Shown: positions 18,294 to 27,654 of the stretch, one piece after another | Layout of the letters: each line of letters opens with the position of its first letter | Position numbering within the stretch: the stretch's first letter is position 1 | From: an uncultured candidate division Zixibacteria bacterium | GTDB taxonomy: Bacteria; Zixibacteria; MSB-5A5; RBG-16-43-9 | NCBI GenBank assembly: GCA_963713865.1 | Contig: OY970208.1 | Coordinates: 352,001 to 416,000 of the forward strand | Reading direction: 5' to 3' | Length of the DNA stretch: 64,000 nt | Made by a program: the position numbers and the translations under genes | Notes under the pieces: generated by a model | Database searches by the model: none | The model's input: the letters and a program-made list of their open reading frames with translations, nothing else | Told to the model about the DNA's origin: nothing

Positions 18294-19469
18294 TTGAAAA
18301 ATAAAAAGAGTTTGGCCACTCTGGCTGTAGACTTGGGGGAGGAGAGGTTTTCCTTAGGGGCTTTAGCTGAGCCGATATTCCAGAGTTCCACCTTCGCTTT
18401 CAAGAACTCGGCCGAGTTAAAAAGATATCTTAAGGGTGAAAAAGGGCTATATTTCTATACCCGCTATGCTAATCCCACCATCGAGTTTGCAGAGAAGAAG
18501 ATGGCGGTCCTGGAAGGCGGCCAGTCAGCTTTAGCCACCTCCTCCGGTATGTCCGCAATCACTACTGCCCTTTTAACCTTAGTCTCTTCAGGACAGGAGA
18601 TCATCAGCACTTCTCCGCTTTATGGTGGAACTTATCATCTTTTCCAGGACCTTTTCCCCAGACTGGGAATAAAAGTCCATTTCGTGGATGCAGAGTCTAT
18701 AGAAAAGGCTGAAGATTATGTTAATTACAAAACTAAGGTACTTTTCATAGAGACTCCAACTAATCCTAATTTGAAAATAGTGAACATCAAAGAAGGAGTA
18801 AAGATCGCAAAGAAGTTCGGGTTGACCTTCGTGGCGGATAACACCTTTGCTACTCCTTTAAACCAAAAACCCTTGGAAATGGGGGTGGATGTGGTGGTTC
18901 ACAGCGCAACAAAATATCTGGCCGGCCACAGTGACCTTATCGCTGGAGTGATCATCGGAAAGAAAGATTTTATCACCAGGACAATTACAGTGATGAAGCT
19001 TTTGGGCGGATGTTTAGACCCTTTGGGAGCATTTTTATTCTTAAGGGGATTGAAGACTTTATCGGTAAGAGTTGAAAAACAAAATCAGAATGCTTTAAAG
19101 ATCGCTCAGTATTTCTCAAAACATCCCCGGGTCAGAAAAGTCTATTATCCGGGCTTAAAAAATCATAGCCAGTATAATTTAGCCAAATCCCAGATGAAAG
19201 GGTTTGGAGGAATGGTTACCTTTGAACTTAAGGATTTGAATTCAGCCATAAAGCTTCTGGATAATCTAAAGGTGTTCAAAAATGCAGTCAGCCTGGGCGG
19301 GGTGGAGTCCTTAGCCTCTATACCGGTTTTGTCTTCCCATTACGGGCTGGACGAAACAATGCTTAAAAAATCCGGGGTAACTAAAGGGATGCTGCGTTTA
19401 TCCTGCGGAATCGAGGATACAGAAGATCTTATATATGACCTGGACCAAGCCCTTAAAAAAGTAAGATGA
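18294..19469 (+). CDS. PLP trans-sulfuration enzyme (methionine gamma-lyase / cystathionine gamma-synthase-like)
   Basis: YTRYANPT, SSGMSAI, ETPTNP, HSATKYLAGHSD, AVSLGGVES. Confidence 0.9.
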   Translation: MKNKKSLATLAVDLGEERFSLGALAEPIFQSSTFAFKNSAELKRYLKGEKGLYFYTRYANPTIEFAEKKMAVLEGGQSALATSSGMSAITTALLTLVSSGQEIISTSPLYGGTYHLFQDLFPRLGIKVHFVDAESIEKAEDYVNYKTKVLFIETPTNPNLKIVNIKEGVKIAKKFGLTFVADNTFATPLNQKPLEMGVDVVVHSATKYLAGHSDLIAGVIIGKKDFITRTITVMKLLGGCLDPLGAFLFLRGLKTLSVRVEKQNQNALKIAQYFSKHPRVRKVYYPGLKNHSQYNLAKSQMKGFGGMVTFELKDLNSAIKLLDNLKVFKNAVSLGGVESLASIPVLSSHYGLDETMLKKSGVTKGMLRLSCGIEDTEDLIYDLDQALKKVR

Positions 19470-19474
19470 AAGTC

Positions 19475-19523
19475 ATAGGGGCAATTTCCAGATGGATCCA
19501 TACTGGACATAAATTGCCCCTAC
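19475..19523. repeat. GTAG-family REP-like palindrome
   Basis: ATAGGGGCAATTT...AAATTGCCCCTAC with an inner hairpin. Confidence 0.6.
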
Positions 19524-19622
19524 CACTAAATATAGAGGAGGTCATTAGATCTCCCTTATCTTAATATTATGGAAGGCTAAAATCTTTAGGTTAAAAGCTA
19601 ATAGCTATTTTCAGGAGATTTT

Positions 19623-20747
19623 ATGGCAAAGAAAATATATTTCATCGATTCCCGGGTGGAAAAATTCGATTACAAATATAGCCTCCAGGGAAGGCTGGAA
19701 AAAGCTTTAGAAAGGATTGACCTTACAAAATATTTCTTCAGGGATGAACTGGTTCCCCTCAAAATGCATTTAGGAAATAGGGGAGGACACAATACCATCC
19801 GGCCTAATTTTGTCAGACTGGTAGCAGAGCAGATGAAGAAAGCCGGAGCCAAGCCTTTTGTTACTGATTCCTCCAGGGTGAAACCCTACGAATATTTGGA
19901 AGTGGCAAATGAAATGGGGTATAACCCGCTTTCCCTTGGATGCCCGGTTATAATTGCAGATGGAATATTCGGTTTCGATTCGGTTATGGTTAAAGCTGGA
20001 AAGATTTTGAAAGAGCTAACCATTCCCTCGGCTATCTATGATGCAAAATCTATGATGGTCTTATCCCATATCAAAGGACACATAGATTCCTCCTTAGCTG
20101 GAGCCATAAAAAATTTAGCCATGGGATGCGTTTCCCCTCAGCCTCGTAAGTGTACCTGGAAAGAGGGAGGTAGAGGAAAGATGCATTTTCAAATGACCGA
20201 GATAATGAGTTGGAATGAGAAGCTCTGTACCTATTGTTACATCTGCGCAAACAACTGCCCGGTAGGAGCGATTACAGTTAGAAAGGATTTTTTTGAAGTG
20301 GATAAGGAAAAGTGCTGGAGATGTGGAAGATGTGTCAAGGTCTGCCCGGAAAAAGCCTTATCTGTGCCTTCTTCGCATGAAAATTTCTCAGCCGCCTTAG
20401 CTGAGTCTGCTAAGGCAGTATTAGATACTTTTGAACCAGGCAAAGTTTTATATATCAACTTTATTTTAGATGTTCAGCCAGAATGCGATTGTATGGCAAT
20501 CTCAGATAACCCCTTGATTCAGGACCAGGGGATTTTGCTTGGAGATGATATCGTAGCCATTGAGACTGCGACTATGGATATAATTGAAAATGCCATCCCC
20601 TTACCCCAATCCAAAGCTGAAGGGATAGAATTGAAAAAAGGGGAAGATATCTTTAGCGCCCTGCACAAGAAAGATGCCCGGACACAGATAAAGGAAGCAA
20701 AGAATTTGGGATTAGGGGAAAGCGAGTATTATTTAGAAAAAATATAA
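19623..20747 (+). CDS. DUF362-domain 4Fe-4S protein
   Basis: PLKMHLG, SHIKGH, GAIKNLAMGC, two CxxCxxCxxxCP motifs, QPECDC. Confidence 0.88.
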   Translation: MAKKIYFIDSRVEKFDYKYSLQGRLEKALERIDLTKYFFRDELVPLKMHLGNRGGHNTIRPNFVRLVAEQMKKAGAKPFVTDSSRVKPYEYLEVANEMGYNPLSLGCPVIIADGIFGFDSVMVKAGKILKELTIPSAIYDAKSMMVLSHIKGHIDSSLAGAIKNLAMGCVSPQPRKCTWKEGGRGKMHFQMTEIMSWNEKLCTYCYICANNCPVGAITVRKDFFEVDKEKCWRCGRCVKVCPEKALSVPSSHENFSAALAESAKAVLDTFEPGKVLYINFILDVQPECDCMAISDNPLIQDQGILLGDDIVAIETATMDIIENAIPLPQSKAEGIELKKGEDIFSALHKKDARTQIKEAKNLGLGESEYYLEKI

Positions 20748-20840
20748 AAAAAGCTGGTAGCAGGTAGCTCGTAGCCTGTAGCCAGTGGCAAAAAACAGAA
20801 GCCCTACCTTGCCCTCAAGGTGGGGTAATTTAGTGAAAAA

Positions 20841-21776
20841 TTGCCAAAACAATATAAAAACTATCTGATCTTACTCCTGGCAGTTACCTCCGTTTCCTGG
20901 GCCTCTATTTTCATCAAGCTCTCAGATGCACCATCCTTGATAATTGCCTTTTACCGGATGGGCTTGGCTTCCTTATTCCTTCTCCCTTTTTTCATCAAAA
21001 AAGGATTGACAGATTATAAGGTTTTAACCGGAAAGGAGATTCTACTCTGTTTTCTTTCCGGTATTTTCCTGGGATTCCATTTTGTAACCTGGATCTCTTC
21101 TTTGGCTTACACCTCAGTCTCTAGTTCAGTGGTAATTGTAGCTACTCAGCCGATATTTGTGGCTTTACTCACCCCTTTGATCCTAAAGGAGAAAATCGAT
21201 CTGTGGGTATTTATAGCAATTTTAATTGCCCTGACCGGGATTTTCATCATTGCAGGTGGAGATGTAAAAATCGTAGGGGAAAACCTTAAAGGTGATATTC
21301 TATCTTTGATCGGTGCAATTATGGCTGCATTATATCTGACTTTGGGAAGAAGTATCCGGAAAAAATTGAACCTTCTTCCATATATTTTTCTGGTCTATTC
21401 TATCTCTACTGTGGTAATATTCATTTTCTGCTTATTTTCTGGAGTTAATTTCTCTCCAGTTACCTGGAAGAACCTTATCCTTTTTATCCTTTTGGCTCTG
21501 ATACCCACCCTTATCGGTCATACCCTCTATAATTACATCCTGAAATATGTCAAAGCCCATCTAGTAGGGATGACTATTTTGGGTGAGCCTTTAGGGGCAA
21601 CCCTCCTGGCTTTTCTGATCCTCAAAGAGATACCCGCCATCACTGTTTATCTTGGCGGGATTTTAATCTTCATCGGCATCTGGATAGCCGTTCTGGAGGG
21701 AAAGAGCTTTAGGTTAGCTGCAGCGTCCGGGTTTATCCTTGACGTTTTTTGTCTTATCGTAGTGCGACCCTTTTAG
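20841..21776 (+). CDS. DMT/EamA family transporter
   Basis: About 10 TM helices; IAFYRM, GFHFVTWISSL, QPIFV, GHTLYN, GEPLGA. Confidence 0.88.
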   Translation: MPKQYKNYLILLLAVTSVSWASIFIKLSDAPSLIIAFYRMGLASLFLLPFFIKKGLTDYKVLTGKEILLCFLSGIFLGFHFVTWISSLAYTSVSSSVVIVATQPIFVALLTPLILKEKIDLWVFIAILIALTGIFIIAGGDVKIVGENLKGDILSLIGAIMAALYLTLGRSIRKKLNLLPYIFLVYSISTVVIFIFCLFSGVNFSPVTWKNLILFILLALIPTLIGHTLYNYILKYVKAHLVGMTILGEPLGATLLAFLILKEIPAITVYLGGILIFIGIWIAVLEGKSFRLAAASGFILDVFCLIVVRPF

Positions 21777-21830
21777 GGTCGCCAAGAATCGTAGGGGCAC
21801 GTTGTCCTGCCATCGGCGGGATGCCCCTAC
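21759..21830. repeat. Two GTAG-family REP-like palindromes
   Basis: GTAGTGCGACCCTTTTAGGGTCGC and GTAGGGGCA...ATGCCCCTAC. Confidence 0.6.
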
Positions 21831-21878
21831 TTTTTTCACACCAAATAGTCTATTAAATCCTCACGTATTATAATTAAA

Positions 21879-21895
21879 TTGAGACTAAATCTCAA
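21879..21895 (+). promoter_or_regulatory. Fur-box-like palindrome upstream of fur-feoA
   Basis: TTGAGACTAAATCTCAA resembles the 7-1-7 consensus TGAGAATnATTCTCA. It lies just downstream of TATAAT (21869-21874) and 10 nt before the fur ATG at 21906. Confidence 0.7.
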
Positions 21896-21905
21896 ATATA
21901 AATTT

Positions 21906-22331
21906 ATGAAAAAAGAAACTGAAATATTTACAAAATACCTGAAGACCAAAAAACTCAGCTTTACTAAGGAAAGGAAGTTTATCCTGGCTCAGGTTTTTGC
22001 TACAGATGGTCATCTGGAAGCAGATGAGATCTTTATGCAACTTAGAAAGGCAAAAAAGGATGTTTCCCGGGCTACGGTTTATCGGACTCTGGGGCTTCTG
22101 GTCGACTCTGGCCTGGTCAGGAAAGTCTATCTGGGAGAAGACCATATCCATTACGAGCACACCTTCGGGCATACTCATCACGACCATCTGGTATGCATAA
22201 AATGCGGCAAAGTGATTGAATTCTCGGATAAAAAAATTGAAAGACTTCAGGCAAAGATCTGCCAGAAAAGCCGGTTTCAAGAGATAAGCCATACCGTGCA
22301 GATTTTTGGTTATTGTAAAGATTGTAGATAG
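21906..22331 (+). CDS. fur: Fur family transcriptional repressor
   Basis: HLEADEI, SRATVYRTL, HTHHDHLVCIKCG, GYCKDC; start taken as ATG 21906. Confidence 0.93.
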   Translation: MKKETEIFTKYLKTKKLSFTKERKFILAQVFATDGHLEADEIFMQLRKAKKDVSRATVYRTLGLLVDSGLVRKVYLGEDHIHYEHTFGHTHHDHLVCIKCGKVIEFSDKKIERLQAKICQKSRFQEISHTVQIFGYCKDCR

Positions 22332-22363
22332 TTTAAAAAAACCTTTACCTCAGAGAATACAAA

Positions 22364-22600
22364 ATGGGAAAAATCGATTTAACCCAACTGAAAGAGGGAG
22401 AAAGTGGCTTAGTGACGGAGGTTCAAGGAGGATACGGTTTAAATCGCCGTCTCGAATCTTTAGGAATAAGAGTGGGGAAAAAGGTTACCAAGGTAAGTTC
22501 CCAGCTCATGCGGGGTCCCGTTACCCTCAGGGTAGACAATTCTCAGGTCGCCATCGGTTTTGGAATGGCGATGAAGATCCTCGTGGAACTGGAAAAATGA
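22364..22600 (+). CDS. feoA: Ferrous iron transport protein A
   Basis: RRLESLGIRVG, GPVTLRV, VAIGFGMAMKILV. Confidence 0.92.
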   Translation: MGKIDLTQLKEGESGLVTEVQGGYGLNRRLESLGIRVGKKVTKVSSQLMRGPVTLRVDNSQVAIGFGMAMKILVELEK

Positions 22601-22654
22601 GGGATTATTATCTATGTTTTAGATGAGATTGTTATTCTGAGGAGGTGGCAAATT

Positions 22655-22855
22655 ATGACAAAAAGAAAATTTCGATGTTCTGAATGTGAACATACCTGGG
22701 AGATTGCTTATGGTGCCCCAAGACCATCTTTTTGTCCTCAGTGCAGAAGCGCAAACCTTCATCGGGTAGAAGAAAATAGAGGCTATGCTCGTAGAGACAG
22801 CAAAGGAAGAGGTCGTGACGGTTTAAGTGGACCTCCAGTGAAAAGGGAGATATAA
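22655..22855 (+). CDS. Small zinc-ribbon protein
   Basis: CSECEHTWE...CPQC; GGAGG RBS. Confidence 0.7.
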   Translation: MTKRKFRCSECEHTWEIAYGAPRPSFCPQCRSANLHRVEENRGYARRDSKGRGRDGLSGPPVKREI

Positions 22856-22857
22856 AA

Positions 22858-23700
22858 ATGCAAACCGATCATAATAGAAAAACGAATACGACAATAAAAC
22901 TGGATAATGTTAAACATAAAATTGTGGTAATGAGTGGAAAGGGTGGTGTCGGTAAAAGTACCGTGGCTGTGAATCTATCGATCGCCTTTTCAATGCGTGG
23001 CGTTGAGGTTGGCCTTATAGACTGCGATATCCACGGACCGAGTGTCCCGAAAATGCTTGGCATTGAGGGTGAGCGCCTGCTCGGCTCTGAGGAGGGGAGT
23101 ATACAGCCCGTGATTCTCCCGCCGCATCTGAAGGTGATGTCTATGGGGTTTTTGTTGTCGGATAGGGACTCACCGGTAATCTGGAGAGGACCGCTTAAGA
23201 TGACTGCTATACGTCAGTTTCTGGAGGATGTGCGCTGGGGAGATCTTGAGTATTTGATAATTGATTTACCACCAGGTACCGGTGACGAACCGCTAAGCGT
23301 AGCCCAGCTTCTGCCCCAAATTGACGGCGCAGTCATTGTGACTACCCCGCAAGATGTGGCGTTAGTCAGCGTAAGAAAATCAATTAATTTCGCTAGAAAA
23401 TTAAACATGCCAGTGATTGGGCTGATCGAGAATATGAGTGGGTTCGTATGTCCGCACTGTGGAAAATCTACACCTATATTTAAAACGGGTGGCGGAAAGA
23501 AAGCGTGTAACGACCTTGGTGTGCCATTTTTGGGCTGTATCCCGATTGATACTAAAATAGTCGAATGCGGAGACAGTGGCAAACCTTTTGTGTTAGAGCA
23601 TGGGGATGCGCCCTCCGCAAAAGCGTTCAAGCAAATCGTTGATAGGATTGAGGAGTACCTAAACTTGAAGGAAAAACAAAAAAGAAAAGAGAATGTATGA
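22858..23700 (+). CDS. mrp: Mrp/NBP35 (ApbC) Fe-S cluster carrier ATPase
   Basis: [43 protein letters not shown]. Confidence 0.93.
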   Translation: MQTDHNRKTNTTIKLDNVKHKIVVMSGKGGVGKSTVAVNLSIAFSMRGVEVGLIDCDIHGPSVPKMLGIEGERLLGSEEGSIQPVILPPHLKVMSMGFLLSDRDSPVIWRGPLKMTAIRQFLEDVRWGDLEYLIIDLPPGTGDEPLSVAQLLPQIDGAVIVTTPQDVALVSVRKSINFARKLNMPVIGLIENMSGFVCPHCGKSTPIFKTGGGKKACNDLGVPFLGCIPIDTKIVECGDSGKPFVLEHGDAPSAKAFKQIVDRIEEYLNLKEKQKRKENV

Positions 23701-23891
23701 AGATTCCAGAAGAAGATAAACCAGGCATGGGGTCTGAAGGGTTTTGTGTTTGCCCTAAATGCGGAGTGAAAATACCACATAGGGCAGGCATACCGTGTAG
23801 AGAAGAAAAATGTCCCACCTGCGGGATTAAAATGGTAAGAGAAGGTTCTTATCATCATCAACTGATTGAAGAAAACAAGAAAAAGAAATGA
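23697..23891 (+). CDS. Small Cys-rich metal-binding protein
   Basis: GFCVCPKCG...[16 protein letters not shown]; homologous to the C-terminus of 26119-26349. Confidence 0.8.
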   Translation: MKIPEEDKPGMGSEGFCVCPKCGVKIPHRAGIPCREEKCPTCGIKMVREGSYHHQLIEENKKKK

Positions 23892-23895
23892 GGTA

Positions 23896-24288
23896 ATGGT
23901 ATTGAAACACTCCCACTGCTATGTTTGTGACCTGAATAACCCGGTAGGTTTGCGGGTTGCGTTCCACCTGGAGGATAGGAAAGCCGTGGGCCGATTTATC
24001 CCCCAGCCGGAACATCAAAGTTTTGAGGACGTAACCCATGGCGGTGTTTTGAGCGCTTTGTTGGATGCGGCAATGAATCGCATCCTGCTTTTCCATTCCG
24101 TAAAGGCGAAAACAGCAAGGCTGAAAGTTCGCTTTAAAAACGAAGCAAAGATTGGGGAGCCTCTCACCGTGATAGGTGAAGTTGTCCGGGTTAAAAAATT
24201 GTACGCCGTAACGAGAGGGGAAGTGAAAGACTCGCAGAACAACACTATTGCCCAGGGAGAAGCAATCTTTATCGTGCAGCGGGAATAG
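23896..24288 (+). CDS. PaaI/hotdog-fold thioesterase
   Basis: CYVCDLNNPVGL and THGGVLSALLD; start taken as ATG 23896. Confidence 0.85.
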   Translation: MVLKHSHCYVCDLNNPVGLRVAFHLEDRKAVGRFIPQPEHQSFEDVTHGGVLSALLDAAMNRILLFHSVKAKTARLKVRFKNEAKIGEPLTVIGEVVRVKKLYAVTRGEVKDSQNNTIAQGEAIFIVQRE

Positions 24289-24376
24289 AGAGAGGCACAT
24301 CGGTTTATCAAAGGTGAAAATGAGAAGTGTTATGACTACCAACTAATTGAAGAAAAAAAGAAAGGTGGTGATTAAA

Positions 24377-24682
24377 ATGCCAGGTTTTGATGGAACAGGA
24401 CCTTTGGGATTAGGACCGATGACTGGACGTGGAATGGGATATTGTGTGATGCCCCTTCCCCAGCCCGGAAGAGGCAGGATCCAGTATGGCTTTGCTGGGA
24501 TAAGTGGGATGAAGGTGCCTATTACTTCACCCTATGCATTGGGGAGTCCCTATTTAAGTGGATTATCTTCCTATGTGCCTTTTCGGAGACCTTGGTTCAG
24601 GAGAGGGGTTGGTTGGGGTAGGGGACGGTTTAGATCTGGACGCGGCAGAATTTGTGGACGCTCGCCATTCGGTTGGTGGTAA
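24377..24682 (+). CDS. DUF5320 family Gly/Arg-rich protein
   Basis: MPGFDGTGPLGLGPMTGRGMGYC. Confidence 0.8.
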   Translation: MPGFDGTGPLGLGPMTGRGMGYCVMPLPQPGRGRIQYGFAGISGMKVPITSPYALGSPYLSGLSSYVPFRRPWFRRGVGWGRGRFRSGRGRICGRSPFGWW

Positions 24683-24824
24683 AAGTTGAGATTAATGGTA
24701 AGACTTCGGCGTTCGCACTGATGTTTGAGGAATAAGGAAGCTTAGAATTGTCAAAGGAAATTGAAAAAAGAATGGGAAATGAAAAGTGAAAAGAAAAACC
24801 AAAAGATCTAAGGAGGTGATTGAC

Positions 24825-25190
24825 ATGCCAGGTGGAGATAGAACAGGACCTTTGGGATTAGGTCCAATGACAGGTCGGAGGGCTGGCTTATGCGCTGGTT
24901 ATCCGGTGCCTGGGTATTTGAATCGCGTTTCTGACATAGGTTGGTTTGGAGTAGGCAGAGGTGGTTTTCCTCGGGGTGGTGGCAGGGGTCGCACCTTTGG
25001 TGGAGGTCGAGGACGGTGGTGGAGAAGTGGATTTTATGGGTATCCACCGTATGCACCAGCCTATCCTCAACCTACGGCTGAGGAGGAGAAGGAAATGCTT
25101 CAGGAGGAGCTCAGGAATCTGGAAGAAGAGAGCAAAGAAATCAGGAGCCGTCTGACAGAGCTGGAAAAGGAGGAGCCGAAGAAGAAGTAA
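24825..25190 (+). CDS. DUF5320 family protein with C-terminal coiled coil
   Basis: MPGGDRTGPLGLGPMTGRRAGLCAG...EKEMLQEELRNLEEE; RBS AGGAGGTG. Confidence 0.85.
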   Translation: MPGGDRTGPLGLGPMTGRRAGLCAGYPVPGYLNRVSDIGWFGVGRGGFPRGGGRGRTFGGGRGRWWRSGFYGYPPYAPAYPQPTAEEEKEMLQEELRNLEEESKEIRSRLTELEKEEPKKK

Positions 25191-25254
25191 GAAAAAAGGG
25201 AGGGAGAAAAACCTACTTTCCCCCTCCCTCATAAAATCAAAGAAAGGAGATATT

Positions 25255-25635
25255 GTGAAAGTTGCCATAACATCTCAAGGAGATAGCTTGGATGCCCAGG
25301 TTGACTTACGTTTTGGGCGATGTCCCTATTTCATAATCGTCGATCTGAAAGAGAAAAAAATTGAGGCTGTTCCCAATCCAGCTTCAGATGCTACAGGAGG
25401 TGCTGGCCCCCAAGCCGCCCAAACCATTGCTGATAAGGATGTAGAGACGGTAATAACCGGGAATGTGGGACCCAATGCTTTTAAGACGCTGAAAGCCGCG
25501 AATATAAAGATATTTCAGGGTGCTTTTGGAACCGTCAAGGAGACCTTGACTAAATACGAACTTGGGGAATTGGAGGAACTGTCAAATTCCTCTGTGCAGG
25601 GTCATTTTGGGTTAAGACAAGGCGAGGGAAAATAG
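25255..25635 (+). CDS. NifB/NifX family Mo-Fe cluster-binding domain protein
   Basis: MKVAITS, RFGRCPYF, GGAGPQAAQ, ITGNVGPNA. Confidence 0.88.
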   Translation: MKVAITSQGDSLDAQVDLRFGRCPYFIIVDLKEKKIEAVPNPASDATGGAGPQAAQTIADKDVETVITGNVGPNAFKTLKAANIKIFQGAFGTVKETLTKYELGELEELSNSSVQGHFGLRQGEGK

Positions 25636-25652
25636 AATAAGGAGCAAAAAAT

Positions 25653-26048
25653 ATGAAAATAGCAATTTCGACAGATGGTGAATATGTATCTCCTCATTTT
25701 GGACGCTGTCCTTGCTTCACTATCGTGGAAATGGAAGAAGGGAAAGTATTAAGCCAGGAAATAATTAACAATCCCGGACACGCACCTGCGTTTCTGCCCC
25801 AGTTTCTATCTGAGAAGGGAGTTAGCTGTATAATAGCAGGTGGCATGGGCGGACGTGCAGAGGGACTTTTTTCCGAACAGGGTATCGAAACCATAGTTGG
25901 AGTAAGCGGTCGAATAGACAATGTAATAGAGAAACTCGTCAAGGGGACGCTCAAAGGTGGAGAGAGTTTATGCAAGCCTGGATCAGGCAGAGGTTATGGA
26001 GTTGAAAAAAACAAATGTGATCATCCAGAACATCCCCATAATCATTGA
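25653..26048 (+). CDS. NifB/NifX family protein
   Basis: MKIAIS, HFGRCPCF, NPGH, IAGGMG, His-rich tail. Confidence 0.88.
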   Translation: MKIAISTDGEYVSPHFGRCPCFTIVEMEEGKVLSQEIINNPGHAPAFLPQFLSEKGVSCIIAGGMGGRAEGLFSEQGIETIVGVSGRIDNVIEKLVKGTLKGGESLCKPGSGRGYGVEKNKCDHPEHPHNH

Positions 26049-26118
26049 TCTTGAAACAAGGTGAACCATCTGGTGTTAGTTGAGGATTGAGTTAAAGTTT
26101 AAGAAAGGAGGAAAAAAG

Positions 26119-26349
26119 ATGCCGAGAGGTGATGGAACAGGGCCAACAGGACAAGGTCCGGGAACTGGAAGAGGTATGGGAATGGGACGGGGTCAAGGGA
26201 GAGGGCGTATGGGAGGTAATCGTCCCGGAGCAGGTTTGGGTGGCAGTTGTATGTGCCCTTCCTGCGGAGCCAAAACCCCACATCAAGCAGGAGTTCCCTG
26301 CTACCAGCTTACCTGCCCCAAGTGCGGTGCGAAAATGACGAGGCAATAA
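26119..26349 (+). CDS. DUF5320-like protein with Cys-rich C-terminus
   Basis: MPRGDGTGP...CMCPSCG...HQAGVPCYQLTCPKCG. Confidence 0.82.
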   Translation: MPRGDGTGPTGQGPGTGRGMGMGRGQGRGRMGGNRPGAGLGGSCMCPSCGAKTPHQAGVPCYQLTCPKCGAKMTRQ

Positions 26350-26361
26350 AAAGGAAGAGCG

Positions 26362-26559
26362 ATGCCTATCTATGCTTACAAGTGTAAGGACTGTGGCGCC
26401 CAGTTTGAGCTTTTAGTGGGCGTCACATCGGATTCTAACGAAATAAAATGTGAAAAGTGTGGCAGCAAGAATCTTGAGAGGTTATTATCAACCTTCGGAC
26501 TGGGGAGTAGTTCGTCGAGCAGCTCTGCCTGCACCACCTTTACTTGACCGAGCAAATAA
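26362..26559 (+). CDS. FmdB-family zinc-ribbon protein, probable selenoprotein (UGA 26545-26547 read as Sec; ends at 26547 otherwise)
   Basis: MPIYAYKCKDCG...CEKCGS...SACTTFT-UGA-PSK-UAA, with a SECIS-like hairpin immediately downstream. Confidence 0.75.
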
Positions 26560-26580
26560 TTGGGACTGGTCTAATCCCAA
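26560..26580 (+). promoter_or_regulatory. Candidate bacterial SECIS element
   Basis: TTGGGA-CTGGTCTAA-TCCCAA hairpin starting 12 nt after the in-frame UGA, with a G-containing apical GGTCT. Confidence 0.6.
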
Positions 26581-26592
26581 GAAGAGGCGAAG

Positions 26593-26838
26593 ATGCCAAT
26601 TTATGAGTATGAGTGTGAAGGGTGTGGGAAGGTAGTTGAGGTATTTCAAAAGGGATTTAAGCCTGATGAGCCTATCGTTTGTCCTAACTGCGGTTCGGAC
26701 AGGCTCAAAAAGCTCCTTTCCGCACCTGCAACAGTCATAATGGGCGACTCTTCTCCTAAAGGAACTACTTGTTGCGGACGGGAGGAAAGATGTGATACTC
26801 CTCCCTGCTCCTCTGATGGAATCTGTAGAAGAGATTAG
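26593..26838 (+). CDS. FmdB-family zinc-ribbon protein
   Basis: MPIYEYECEGCG...CPNCGS with a Cys-rich tail TTCCG...C..PPC...IC. Confidence 0.88.
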   Translation: MPIYEYECEGCGKVVEVFQKGFKPDEPIVCPNCGSDRLKKLLSAPATVIMGDSSPKGTTCCGREERCDTPPCSSDGICRRD

Positions 26839-26925
26839 GTTGTAAGTTTTAGGAAGCAAAAATGCAGTATCTCGTTAAAGGTTTTTTTCTAAACGATAAT
26901 ATTCTTAAATCTATTTTCTAGAAAC

Positions 26926-27654
26926 ATGCTGAAGCAGATAAAGTCCATAACCATCTATGTCATCTATGATAATAATCCATATGATTCCTATCTTAAGCCG
27001 GAATGGGGATTGTCATGTTTTATTCAAGGAACGGAAAAGACAATCCTCTTTGACACTAGTGGGAATGGGGCGACCTTGCTCTCCAATATGGAAAAACTAA
27101 AAATGAAGCCTGAACAGGTAGATTTAATCTTTCTTTCCCATATACATAGTGATCACACCGGAGGTCTTCAGGAATTTCTAAAGAAAAATAACAAGGTGAA
27201 AGTTTTCCTACCACAATCATTTCCTTTCAGATACAAAAAAGATATAAAAAATTCTGGCGCTCAATATATCGAGGTCAAAGAACCAATTGAGATTTGCAAG
27301 AATGTCTTCTCTACAGGCGAACTTGGAATTTCGATCAAAGAGCAGTCGCTTTTCATTAAGACGGAGAAGGGGTTAGTGGTTATCACTGGTTGCGCACATC
27401 CAGGGATAGTTGAAATCATTAAAAAGGCAAAAAAGCTCCTAAATGATGATCTCTATTTGATTCTGGGTGGATTTCATCTGCTGAACAGCTCAGAGGAAAA
27501 GATAAAAATAATTGTGCTCGAGTTTAAAAAGTTGGGAGTTAAAAAAGTTGCTCCCTGCCATTGTAGTGGAGAGCTTTGCCAGAAGATCTTTGATGATGAA
27601 TATAAACAAGATTTCATAAAATTAAGCGCAGGTGGAAAGGTAGAGGTAGAATGA
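26926..27654 (+). CDS. MBL-fold metallo-hydrolase
   Basis: EWGLS, LFDT, SHIHSDHTGG, TGCAHPG, GGFHL, PCHCSG. Confidence 0.9.
   Translation: MLKQIKSITIYVIYDNNPYDSYLKPEWGLSCFIQGTEKTILFDTSGNGATLLSNMEKLKMKPEQVDLIFLSHIHSDHTGGLQEFLKKNNKVKVFLPQSFPFRYKKDIKNSGAQYIEVKEPIEICKNVFSTGELGISIKEQSLFIKTEKGLVVITGCAHPGIVEIIKKAKKLLNDDLYLILGGFHLLNSSEEKIKIIVLEFKKLGVKKVAPCHCSGELCQKIFDDEYKQDFIKLSAGGKVEVE

Noticed and set aside
22621-22640. Second Fur box after feoA
   Set aside because: Only a half-site (TGAGATT) matches, with poor symmetry.
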